Of a stretch of 64,000 bases of DNA, positions 13,991 to 27,870 are shown piece after piece. Within the stretch, counting starts at the first letter, position 1. Each line of letters begins with the position of its first letter. The DNA lies in contig OX597814.1 of the NCBI GenBank assembly GCA_951406725.2, positions 182,714,001 to 182,778,000 on the forward strand. Direction: 5' to 3'. Under the pieces are notes generated by a model. That model made no database searches, had not been told where the DNA came from, and saw nothing but the letters and a program-made list of their open reading frames with translations. The DNA is from Octopus vulgaris. Taxonomy: Eukaryota. Position numbers and translations under genes: made by a program.

Positions 13991-16900
13991 TACATTACAC
14001 ACACTGATGCATAGGGACACACACACGTGTGTGTGTGTGAGTGTATGTATATATATATATGTGTGTGTTTATATATTTCCTTTTTCTTTTCTTTCTTTTT
14101 TCCTTTTTTCTTTTCTTTCTTCTTTTTTCCTTTTTTTCCTTTTTCTTCACACCTGCTGTATTTACTTTTTGTATTCTTTTATTTTTTTTTATTAGTTTTT
14201 ATATTCTCTATTTTTTTATTTTTCTTTATCTTTTATTCCCTATTTTCATTTTTTATTTGTATACTTGTAAGAAAAAAATCTGTTGTGTTATATAAACAAC
14301 CTTCTGAACCACAGAATTTCAGTTTGAAAACAGCTATGGAAAAGCTCAAAACTCATTAGAGTAACTGTAAACATTATCATTAAAATAAAAATTATCCCCC
14401 CAAAAGTCATTTCTACTCATTTTTACAAATATATTATACTCAAGGGTATATCTCAGTCTCTGAGATATACCCTTGGTATTCTAAGTGAACAAAATACTCA
14501 TCAATTATACACTGCTGTAACTACTTGAATATGTAATGAAGAACATTCTGTTTACAGTGTGTTAGATGTTTCAGTCATTATTATAACACTATAACCCTAA
14601 CCCTAACTATTATTTTTTTCAAACTTTGCTTTTGTTACATTTATTCAAACCCCAAAGAATCCTTCTCAACATATGGCTATGATGCCTCCACCCACTCCTA
14701 CTCGTGATCAAAGATGCACATATTGTCAGCCCTCAGGGACATACTCAAGTGGTTAAGGTCAAGCAGTCAACAATTGACAATCTGTGGTATTGAGCAGAAT
14801 GTATGATATAAAGAAAGTTCTAGAAAATTCTGCTTTAGTAACTCAGCACTGAATCTGCCTGAAGTGTAATGGAAAATAAGGTCAGTTTCATAATATTGAT
14901 GTCCAGATCACAAAAGCAAAGTTTAACCCTTTCGTTACTATATTCATTTTGAGATGCTCTGTGTTTCTTTCAATTACTTTAAATATAATTAAGAATTTAG
15001 TAAAATAACTTGGTTATCATTCAGCTAGTGTTAGCAACATAAATTGTGATTAAGGTTTGATGGAAGATTTTAATTCAAAACTTACGAAAGCAAGACTTTT
15101 GTACTCAGAGCCAGAGCCGGTTTCAGTTGGATTGGTAATGAAAGGGTTAAAGAGAATAATAGTAATTTCCTTTGATTTCTTGATAGAAGCAAATAAGAAA
15201 TGACACTTACTGACCGAAGACAAAGAAAAATAATGTTGTTACACATGGCAGTTGGAGTACGAGCCATTGATTTTACATTAATTAGGCTATTAAATTCAGT
15301 TGTATTTTCATTTGCAATTAGGTACTTATAACTAATGATAGGATTTTTCTTTGTTGAATAATTTAAAACACTTTTTTTCTGAATATAGTTTTATTTCGAA
15401 TTGTATTAAATATATTTTAAATGAATAAGGCATGATGTGGTGAAAAATCAAACACACACATGCATGCACGCATGCATGCGCATGCGTGATGGCTTCCACA
15501 CAGTTTTCATCTACTAAATTCACTCAGAAGGCATTAGATTGGCCTGAAGCAATAATGGAGGATACTTGCTCAAGGTGCTGCACAGTGGGACTGAACCTGT
15601 AACCATGTGCTTTCAAGCCATGTTTCTTGACCACACTGCCATGCATGCCCCTAATAACGTATTTCAAAAAATTCTCATTTAACTGTAATTTTCCTCTTTG
15701 TTCAAGAAAGAAAACAAAATTTAACTGCAATTGTTAGTGACCCTTGAAAAAGGAGAATGAATTCTAAGGAATTGATCATTAATTTCTCAAAATAAATGTA
15801 CATGTTTAACCCTTTTGAAACTAACCTGCCTGAAACCACCTCTGGCTCTGTAGTACAAATGTCTTATTTTCAAAAATTCTGCATTAAAATCTTCCACCAA
15901 ACCTTAGTCACAATTTATGTTCGTAACACTAGCTTAATGATAACTAAGTTATTTTACTAAATTCTTTGTTATATTTAAAATTAATTGAAAGAAACACAGA
16001 GCATCTCAAAATAAATATGGTAACGAAAGGGGGTTAAGGGAAAATTGTTACTGGACAAGGTTTGGTCAGGCTGAAGCACATCTATCACTGTCTGCTGAAA
16101 AAGATCAAATTTTACCTCAATACACTGAGCCTTACAAAAGAAATGACAAAGGACTGAGATATGTGGTGCAGTGCTATACTTAAGAAGACCCACCCACCAC
16201 AACAGAATTGATGTCCTAAAACCAAGGTGCCATGTAAAGAGTGTTGGTGATGGTGCCACATGGAAAGCACTGGTGATGGTGCCGTATAAAAAGCACTGGT
16301 GATGGTGCCTCACAAAAAGCACCAGTACACTCTGTAAAGGAAGGAGCTAAAGATACCAATTGAAAACAGACTAACAAACTATGGAACCCGGTGCAGCCCC
16401 TGGCCTTGCTAGCTCCTGTCAGGCCATCCAACCCATGCCAGGCGGCGAGCTGGCAGAAACGTTAGCATGCCTGGTGAAATGCTTTGTGGTATTTCATCCG
16501 CCACTGCGTTCTGAGTTCAAATTCCGCCAAGGTCGACTTTGCCTTTCATCCTTTCGGGGGTTGATAAATTAAGTACCAGTTACACTCTGGGATCGATGTA
16601 ATTGACTTAATCCCTTTGTCTGTCTTTGTCCCTTCTGTGTTTAGCCCCTTGTGGGCAATAAAGAAATAAGAATGGAAAATGGGCATTAAATGATGGTGAT
16701 GATGTAAAATATAATCTCTTGAAATTATCACCCTTTTCTTTGAGTCTTATTAATTATGGCTAGGTTTTTGTTTTCCTTTTCAATCTCGGGAAAATTTCAT
16801 CAAAATCAGAATTTGTTTTCTTCCATACATCAGTCACTAATTACATTGTTTATTGATTTATTTATCTGAATTCATGGCATTAAGGGCATCCAGCCGTAGA

Positions 16901-18433
16901 AACACTGCCAGATTTGACTGGGCCTGATGAAGCCTTCTGGCTTCACAGACCCCAGTAGAACCGTCCAACCCATGCTAGCATGGAAAACGGATGCTAAACG
17001 ATGATGATGATGATGATGAATACATCAAAGTTATTTATTTCCCTTCACCCAATTTTTTTTTTTTGCTTGAAATGATTTTAAATGGTATTTTTTCTTTTAG
17101 ATATTATGGCAAAACAGAAATATTTGTCAAGACTTCAACAACAAACAGAGCAGCAAGAAGGTAAATACAGTGAAACATCACCAGAGAATTCAGTAACATC
17201 TGAGAAATGTGTTGAAAGTTTAGAAAGGTATGCATTACATTTATATAGTTCACTATAAACGTCCGTTTTCCATGCCCTTCCTAAAGCCAACCACTCCGAG
17301 AGTGTAGTGGGTGCTTTTACATGTCACCGGCATGGGGGCCAGTCAGGCAGTACTGGCGATGACCTCGCTCGAATGTTTTTATACGTGCCACCGGCACAAG
17401 TGCTAGTAAGGCGACGCTGGTAACGATCCCGCTTGAATGGTGACTTTTACATGCCACTGGCATGGAAGCCAGTTAGCCGGTCTGGTAATGATCAGACTCG
17501 AATGGTGCCTTTTATGTGCCACTGGCACGGAAGCCGGTTAGCCGCTCTACCAACGATCACACTCGTATGGTGCTCTTTGCACCCCGCTAGCATGGACGCC
17601 AGTCATCGAATTTGATTTTGATTTCACTTGCCTCAACAGGTCTTTGCAAGCAGAGTTTAGTGTCCAAAGAAGGAAAAGGTACGCATAAATATATATATAT
17701 ATATATCTCTTATTATAAAAGGTAGATTTTATCTGCCTCCCTTTGGGAGTTATACAAATCTACAATATAGGATTTCTTCAATTACAATTTACCTACCATT
17801 TTTAAGAGTACAATGCATCGCGTCATGCCAGGTCCAGTTTTTAAAATTTAAACTCCAATTAAGCAAAATTTACAGAAAACTCACATTCTGGTGTGTGTGT
17901 CAAATGCTTTTCTTAGTCTGGTTTACACCACACGCAAACGCACACACACAGTGGGCAACGAATAAAGTGAAACTAGATGTAATATTTGTTTCTGTCTATG
18001 ACGCTGATAGATAAATGAGTAAAATGTATGGGAAGCTAACACATAAGAGTGAGTGAAAATGTTCTTGGAAGAGAGTAAATTAGCGACAGAGAGTGATTTG
18101 AGGAGGACTTTACATTAAATAACCGTAGTGGCTTGTGTTAGTAATAAAGTAAACATACGCTCATACATACATACATACATACATACATACACACACATAC
18201 ATACACACACACACACACATACATACACACACACATACATACATACACACATACATACATACATATACATACATACATACATATACATACATACATACAC
18301 ACACACACACATACACACACACACAGTATTGAAGCTTGAGAACAATCAGATACATTTGCAACACATCTGTTGAAAATATTATTGTTCACACACATACATA
18401 TACATATATACATACAGACAGACAGACAGATAG

Positions 18434-18464
<31 letters not shown>

Positions 18465-21400
18465 ATCCAGCATGGCCACAACCTCAAGGCTGAAACATAT
18501 AAAAGAATAACAGAATATAAATGTGTGCATGTGTGTGAGAGAGAGAGTGTGTGTGTATATGTATGTATGTATGTATGTAATGTATATATATATAATAATG
18601 CGGTTTTTTCAACAGCTTGAACTAAAAGTCAGAGGGGAATGGGATAAACCACTTATATTAACTTGCTATAAAAGCAGGTAGTAATTTTATCTTGTCCTTA
18701 TTCATAGTGCAAGTTTTGAAGAGTGCATTTCGATTTTAACAGCTATTTTTTTCAAAGCTATATTGGAAGTAACAAAGGAGCATATTTGGCATATTTTGCT
18801 TTATGAGTTCAATAAAGACAACAACGCAACGGAAAGTACAAGAAATATTAATGCAGTATATGGGGATTGGACAATAAGCGTAAGGCAGTGTCAATGGTGG
18901 TTCCAGAAATTCCGAGCCATAAACTACAGCCTAGAAGACAAGCCTCATCCTGAAAGATCTGTAGAACTCGACAAGGACATCCTGAAAACCCTGGTGGAAC
19001 AAAATCTCATCGTAACTGTTGAGGAACTAGCAGAGAAGCTTGGATTTGGTCATTCAACCATTCATTGAGACCTGTGTGCTATCGGAAAAGTCAGCAAATT
19101 GGGTCAATGGGTTCCTCACGAACTTTCCGAGTCTAATTGCATGCAGAGAGTGAATGTATGCTTTTCTTTGCTGTCACATCTCACCACTACTGCGCTATGT
19201 ATATCTATATATATAAAACTGTAGTTGTGTGAGTGTCTGTCCCCTTCGATTTAGATTCCTAACTACTCCCACATTTTGCGGTGCAGTTTAACCAAATTCG
19301 GGTAGCTTATAGTCGTGATTCATATCGAGCCCGTCTGAGTATTAGCGCGCGTCTACGATGAGTCTACGATTTTAAAAATAATTTAACATAATTTTTTATT
19401 CCATTTTAATGCATAATTTTTCGTGTGTCGATGGCGGCGGAGTTGGCGTCCACGCTCACACCTGCACCTGTGGGGAAGGGAGTGTAAGGAAATCAACGTC
19501 GTAATGCGTTGTCAAGGAGACCAGCGTTCTTTTAGAATAACGACGTCATGGCTTGAAGACACCAAAACAGAAATGGCTAAGAAAGCGTCTACATGAGTCT
19601 ACGATTTAAAAAAAAAATTGCCATCGTTTTTTTCCATTTTAATGCATTTTTTCGCTATTATATAAGGGAAGTAACTCTCTAAAAATGTCTACGATGAGTC
19701 AACGATTTAAAAAAAATTTACCATCATATTATTTCCATTTTTAATGCATTTTTGGCTATTTTTTGGCTATAACTCTCTAAAAATGCCTATATAGTTATTT
19801 CCCTTACAAACCCGAGCAACGCCGGGCGATACTGCTAGTCTTATTATAAAAGGCAGATTTTATCTGCCTCCCTTTGTCTCTTATAGAAATCTACAATATA
19901 GGATTTCTTCAATTACAATTTACCTAGCATTTTTAAGAGTAGAATGCATCGGGTCGTGCCAGGTCCAGTTTTTCAAATTTCAACCCCAATTAAGCAAAAT
20001 TTAGAGAAAACTCACATTGTGGTGTGTGAGTCAAGTGCTTTTCTTAGTGTGGGCTATAGCACACGCACACACACACACACACAAAAACGGAGCGATCTGA
20101 TTCACTCACGCTATCACTCTAATTTCTACGACTTTCTCTTTGCAAGTTTGCAACGATTAAAGTGAAACTATTTAGATAAAACGAGAGAAGTGTAACTTAA
20201 ACCACTACTAAAAAAATAAAAAACACAGCAAACAGAAACAAATAAATACATAACGATTTACTCCTCACACAATTTCTTCAATTAGAGTTTACCCATGATT
20301 TTTCAAAGTACTTCCATTGGGTCATGCCATACAAAATTTCTTTCAATTTTACCCCCAATTAAGACAAAATTCGAGAAAACTCAATATTTTAACATTTCAC
20401 TCCGAAAGCATTGATGTACATGTGTGCATGCATGAGTGTGTGTGTGTCATTCCTCACACACACGCATACACATACATATATGACAGTGACAAACACAAAC
20501 GTTTCAAACAACTACATACAAACATGTGTGTGTTTGTTATTAGTAAAAAAGGCGCCAAAACACAACTCACTTCTCATTCCAACACATTAGCAAAGACACA
20601 CGGACGGTCGAATTGCTATAACAATACAGAAAAGGTAAATTGGTTTTTATTTTACTTTCTGTCGTTAAATTTTGGTAGTATTAATTGGCGAGCCATACAT
20701 ACATAAATATATACACATATTCTGTATATATTTTATTATATAATATTATATATAGATATATGTATATATAATTGCAGTATGAAACAGTGTTTATGTATAA
20801 ACAGACGACACTTATATATAGTTATTAATAAATGTATGCATCTGTTTAACCCTTTCGTTACCAAACCGCCCGAAAAATATTATGGTTAATGTGACCAAGC
20901 CGCCCCAAACCGCCTGAATTTACCCATTCATATTTAAATGAGAATATCAGAGTAAATCTCTTTAGTACATTCGTGAAAACACGTATTATACTTCGTAAAG
21001 AGTTCAACTACAGTTTTGTACAAAAATCGAAGTGTAATTTTAATTCCGTGAATTATGGGAGATTTTTTTCCGAAATTTGTTCCTATTGTGTTTTCAAAAT
21101 TTGTAATTCTGACAAAACATGGATACGAATTTCATTATATCAAGCAGCGAGGCAGAATTCGAAGGATTTTCTACTGAAGACCTTCATAAATCTAACTCTA
21201 TGACTGAAAAAAAAAAGCATGTGGTATTTGATAATGAATCTGATGTTTCATTATCCGAGAGCTCCGACAGCGATAAAGAAAATGAATTGGCACCTGAATG
21301 GAGTGAAAATTTAAAAACTGTTTCTTTTGGTGATTTTTCTGAAGAAACTGGACCAAGCCACAGACTTTCCCAGAAGAGTAAAGCCTTAAACTATTTCTTT

Positions 21401-23407
21401 TTACTTTTTCGAATGAGCCCATTTGAAATCATTACGGCGGAAACGAACTGTTACGCTAAACGTAAACAAAGCGAAAGAAAGGATAGTTTGTTATTTCCCA
21501 CAACCTTAAATGAAATTAAGGCCTATTTTGCCATAAATATTATTATGGGTATCAGAAAGTTACCCAGAATAACAAATTCTATCGTAAAATTTTGTTGTAT
21601 ACCCAATTGAATATTAGCTAATAACCCATTTTCTATAGCGATGTTTGAACAAAATTTTAATAATTTTATATATTGTTGAATTTACCTGTATCTACCTGCA
21701 ATTAGAGTCACTTTGTGACAAAAATTACAGTATAGAATTGGTTGAGAACATTTCATTAAATCATCTTCCAAAAATCACATTAATATATTGATAAATAAAA
21801 ATGTTATAGTTGTTTAATGAAACCAGACTAAATTTATGATTACGTTAGAAATTAATTGAAACACATAAGGGGTGTATTTTGGTCAGAAATATAGTAACGA
21901 AAGGGTTAAGAAAAACCAAAAAATATTTTATTCTTTATAAATGTTGTGTTCAAAATAACATTTTCTTTTAAGAATGTGTATATAACAAAGTATGTGTATA
22001 TAACTACGTGGCTTATATCTTTATATATAAGAGTGAAGTTGTGTGTCTGTCTCCTACGATTTAGATTCGTAACTATTCCCACATTTTGCGGTGCAGTGTA
22101 ACCAAAAGCGGGTATCTTATAGTCGTGATTCATATCGAGCCCTTCTGGGTATTGGCGCGCGTCTATGATGAGTCTACGATTTTAAAAAAATTTACCATCA
22201 TATTTTTCCATTTTAATGCATTTTTTTCGCTATTACATAAGGGAAGTAACTCTCTAAAAATATCTACGATGTGTCAACGATTTAAAAACAAAATTTGCCT
22301 TAATTTTTTTTCAATTTTTAATGCATTTTTTTGCTATTCTTTGGCTATAACTCTCTAAAAATGCTTATATAGTTATTTCCCTTACAAACCCGAGCAATGC
22401 TGGGCGATACTGCTAGTATATATATATAAAATATAATGAACATTGAAACACCTCAGAGTGTAGCTACAAAAAAGTAAAATTAATGACATTGTTCAATTTG
22501 GTTTTCCTATATTATGATGCTAGTGTTTGATAAGAGGAAGATTTGTCTGCTATTTCTAACAATCCAAGTGGCCACTCAGTTGCTCCTCAGTTAATCCTAG
22601 ATCACAAATAAGACAGATATCTCTATATCTATAAGCGGCAAAATGTCTGTGTGTGTGTCCTTTATACAAATCCACAATTTTTCAGTTAGAGGGCTCACAC
22701 TTTCTATGGTCATTCAAAACCATCAAAGGGTGGTTGTGCACATCTTTACATTTCCCCAGTCACCCTGCAAAGCCATTAAAAAAATCAATAGAAGTGACTT
22801 TTTTGTGAATTTTCTATCGAAAACCCAATCAAAATGCCCGAAACTTGATACGCCAATTGAATGCCAGCTAGCTGTATGTGATTGGTCAGAGATTTGGACA
22901 GTACTCGCGTGTATGTGCACATGTACGCAGCTGTATATGCATGCACTAGCACTATGACCCGGGTCATAGTGCTAGTCTTTATATAAAAATGACATTTTAT
23001 TTACATTGAATGCTTTTGCAATTACTAAAAGCTAAACAAGGACATAAGAGTAGAGCCTGTGTGGGTGGTGTTATTATTTTTCGTTTGTTTTTGTGGTGGT
23101 GGAAGGAAAGCTGTTTGTTCAATCAAGCATGAACAAACAGAGCTACATTACATTGCACAGGAGAACAACACAATGTCTACTCATGTGACTTATAGTGCCC
23201 CCACTACAGCTGGTGAAATTTAAGAAATAACACTAATAAAACGACAATGTTATTATACTAATATCAAAAGAAGTATATACTATCATCGTCATTTAGCATC
23301 CATACTGGTATGGGTTGGAGAGTTTCACAGGATCCATTTGGTTCAAGGACTGTACTGTTCCCCAGAATCTGCTTTACAAGGGGAGGGTTGTTATGCTAGA
23401 TGAGCAG

Positions 23408-23452
<45 letters not shown>

Positions 23453-23789
23453 ATAAGAAAATGGAGGAATAGATTCCTTTCAATCATCAACTCACAGATA
23501 ATACCAATTCATATAATTTATTAACTAATTAAATAGGAACATCCAAATCCAACAGAATAAAACAATATATATCAATAAGTAAGATAATACCATAAAAATA
23601 ATACATATAAAATGGATCTTACAGCTGTTTCAGCCAGTGGATAAAGGTATCTCATTATGCCTATATTAGTCAGATGTATTGAGGTAATATGCAGTTAAAA
23701 ATGAGTTATATATATATCTCAAGGCCTCGTCAGTATATTGGATAACTGATATCCCATAGTGGGTTACACTTATAACCCCTATCTCACTT

Positions 23790-23834
<45 letters not shown>

Positions 23835-24598
23835 GCACACACACATATATCATCATCATCCAGTGTTTTAAATCCAGGTTTTGTCCCCATTAACAGGGGT
23901 GGCCAGATCTACCTCAATGCCATAGCGACTGAGGTAGGCAGGTGCAGCCCACACCCAACCTTTGGGCTAGCTGGTGCCCATTTTCCTTTGCTATTAGGCG
24001 GCCTTTTTGGAGCGGGATTTTCTATGGGGAGCATGCCATTGCTTACCCCCAACCTCAGTTTCTAGACATGAATAGTCCTGAGACCAAGGCCTCTAACAAG
24101 ATTTTTAAGAAATGTGGTGGAAATCTAGCTCAGGAAGACAGGGACTCTACTCCATGAGATCCCTTTCAGAGCCCCCCCCCCTATCTATCTATATATAAAT
24201 ATATATATATGTGTGTTTGTGTGTATCATCATCATCATCATCGTTCAATGTCCGCTTTCCATGTTTGACTGAGGACTGGTTAGCCAGAGGTTGCACCAGG
24301 CTCAATCTGATCTGGCAAAGTTTCTACACCTGGATGCCCTTCCTAACACTAACCACTCCGAGAGTGTAGTAGGTGCTTTTCATGTGCCACTGGCATGAGA
24401 GCCAGTCAGACAGTTCTGGCAACGATGATGCTCAAAAGGTGTTTTTACGTGCTACCTGCACAGGAGCCAGTCCAGTGGCACTGGCAACGACCACACTTGA
24501 ATGTTGTTTTACACAGGCTACTGCCACATGTGCTGGTAAGGCGATGTTGGCAATGATCACGCTCAAATGGTGCTTTTTACATGTCACCAGCATGGGAG

Positions 24599-24632
<34 letters not shown>

Positions 24633-25294
24633 TATAAAAATGGAACAAAAACGCAATAGAGTACAACAAAACATTCGGACAGATAGACGATACAAGGCAG
24701 ACAAGACAAATAACAATTAGTGGGGCACCATTGCAATGTGATCACGGTTCATTGTTGTGGGAAGCCCTTCAGTTTTGGAATCATCTTTGGTGGATGTTCT
24801 TCCTGATTTGAAATACTGGCACCACTTGAAAAACTGTTGATGGTGTGTATAGCATATTGTAGTCCTGTTGCAATATTAGAAGAAATCTCACTAATTTAAA
24901 ACAGAGTTTCACATAAGCATGTTGCTCTTTCAAATCCTTCATTGTTCAAATTGTAATAAATTGTCAAGTGCAGTAAACATATGTTCATTCTAGCACATAT
25001 GAATTGGTGACTAACTGATGTGATGTGGTTACTTCTGACTGAACATTGACAGGTTGCTCATACAGAACTGTGATCATTAGCTTGCTACACCAGTTTGTTG
25101 GCTTGCTGTTTTGAAACTTCAGTTTCTTTTTGGACAGACCTCACACACATGCATACACATACACACAGGCACATGCACACAGATGTGCACACACACACCT
25201 ACATGCACATACATATATGCATAGATGCAAACACACACATATATATATATATGTACTCATTGTTATTTTATGTCTGCTTTCCATGCTGATATGG

Positions 25295-25332
<38 letters not shown>

Positions 25333-27790
25333 GGAGAGTTTACAAAAAAAACAAAAGAGGAAGACAGGTGATGTACAAAACAAACATATGTATTAGTATA
25401 ACGCTCAGGAATAGAAAAAGTATTTTACGTTTCGAGCCTATGCTCTTCTATAGAAACGAACACAGAAAAAAAACAAGGAAGAATTTTGATCAGGGAACAA
25501 GTGTTTTCTTGGAGTTTTATATTGGTTTCAAATTTTGGCACAAGGCCAGCAGTTTCAGAGGAAGGGTAGGTCAGTTATATTGACCTCAGTGTTCAACGGT
25601 ACTTATTTTATCAATCCTTCAAAAGATGAAAGGCAAAGCTGACCTTGGTAGAATTTGAATGCTAAGCATTTTGCCTGGTGTGTTCACAATTCTGCCACCT
25701 CGCTGCTTTGCTTGGAGCTATATATTAAATTATGAGAACTGTACAGATCCACACTACCTGGTTCATTATCTACTAAAAGTATGAGGTAATAAAATACCTA
25801 TTGAGAAGTATAATTTGTTTTTCTACAACTTATTCCATTTATAATCTCAACAAGTAATTGTTTTTTTTTGCAGTACTCCTGAACACATAATTGTGGAGTT
25901 GCAACAATTGCAGAAAGAACGGGATTTGCTGTCTTCACAGCTTTCTGACCTCACTGCTGGAGTTGAAGAGAGAATGCAAGCAGAAAAAACAAAATGTAAT
26001 TTTATAGTTTGATCTTAAATATTATTCTGTCTTCTAGTATTTATATAGTAATTTAAACAGCATCGTTGCCCTCATTTATTATGTGCTTTGAATGAATATG
26101 CAATACAGATTTTTTTTCAATCTATCTCTAATCAATGTAACCCTTTGAGATCAGATGTTCTGCAACTGTTTCTTTGATTTATAGATATAAGACTACACTC
26201 ATGGAGTGGTTGGCGTTAGGAAGGGCATCCAGCCGTAGAAACATTGCCAGATCAGACTGGGCCTGGTGCAGCCTTCTGGCTTCCCTGACCCCAGTTGAAC
26301 TGTCCAACCCATGCTAGCATGGAAAGCGGACGGTAAACAATGATGATGATGATGAAGATGTACCATGTAAAATGCTCTTGTGCACATGCCATATGAATGC
26401 ACCTGTGCTGGTAACAGGTAAAAAGCACTCAGTACACTCTGTAAAGTGGTTGGAATTAGGAAGGGCATCCAGCCATAGAAACCATGCCAAAGCAGACAAT
26501 TGGAACCTGGACAGCTCTCCGACTGGCCAACTTATGTCTAATTGTCCAACTCATGCCAGTGTGGAAAATGGACACACTCACAGAGTGATTGGCATTAAGA
26601 AGAGCATCCAGCTGTAGAAACACTGCCAGATCAGACTGGAGCATGGCGCAGCCTCCTGGCTTCCTAGACCCTGGTCAAACTGTCCAACGCATGCTAGCAT
26701 AGAAAATGGACGTTAAACGATGATGATGATGATGCCGATGAAGACCTGTCCTTCTAGGCAAAAATGAGGCACAAAAGGCATGTTGTTTATGTCTATACCT
26801 CTGCACACAATTTTTCCTTGATGAATCTCTCCCCATAGCTTCCCAATATTCACCTTCCTGGAACTCCTCTTTCAAAACCTCCCCCGTCCCTCTGCCACCT
26901 GTGTTCATTACTCACTCTATCTCCCCATCTTTCCATCTGCCATTTTTCTTTCACACTCTTGCAAACTTAGCTACCCTATCACCCTGCCTAACCCTCTGTA
27001 CCACCTCAATTATATTCATCTCTTATAAGGTCAGACAACTCCTACTTTTTCTGTCCACAGAGAGATAAAAAATGACATTTGTTTACATTTACCCAATTGT
27101 ATTTGATTACACATAACAATGATAGCTGGAAAATCTTGTAAAATCTTATAAAGGTATATCTTAATGTACATGTCAAATTTTGAACACTTTCTGTTTAGTC
27201 TTTCAGTAATTAAATGTATGTATGTGTGTGTGTATGCGTGTGCGTGTGTGTGAGTTATTGTGTTTGAATGTATCTGTGAATGAACTTTTAAGCTTTTCTT
27301 TGTTTTGCACAAATGTAAAAATATTGTCCATTCATGCTGGTTAATCTTCAGCTATTTATATTATCTCTGTTCTGCAACAGGATTACACTCTTAATTTTAA
27401 TTGAAAAAATGTTTTTTTTTTTGACTTGATCTTTCTTGTAAGATAAGAATTATCTACTCAAAGAACTAAAATTCTCACATTTGCATCCAATCCCCTCTGG
27501 TCGTTTGCATGTACTGTTCCTGTTTTAAATCCATAGCATCATATTATTGGGTTGTCCGGAAAGTTTTTGCCGATTTATAGTAGCTTACCTATCGACTTAT
27601 TTTAGAACATTGTTGAGTCCATAAAATAGGATTTGACTACACCTCCATTTAGAGCACAGTTTAAGTTATCTTTTTGTGGAAGAAGGTTTATGTTCCTATA
27701 ACCTGTGTTATTCTGTAACCCTTTAAGATGGAAGATAAGAAAGTTCATTTTCGACACTTGATGCTTTGGTTACCAGACAAAAATTGCTGC

Positions 27791-27870
<80 letters not shown>

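Noticed and set aside
13411-14359. F/I-rich ORF pair on opposite strands
   Set aside because: Low-complexity T-rich translations of the inverted duplication arms; not protein-like.
14590-14607. Telomeric (TAACCC)n
   Set aside because: Under three units and interstitial; too short to indicate a telomere or fusion site.
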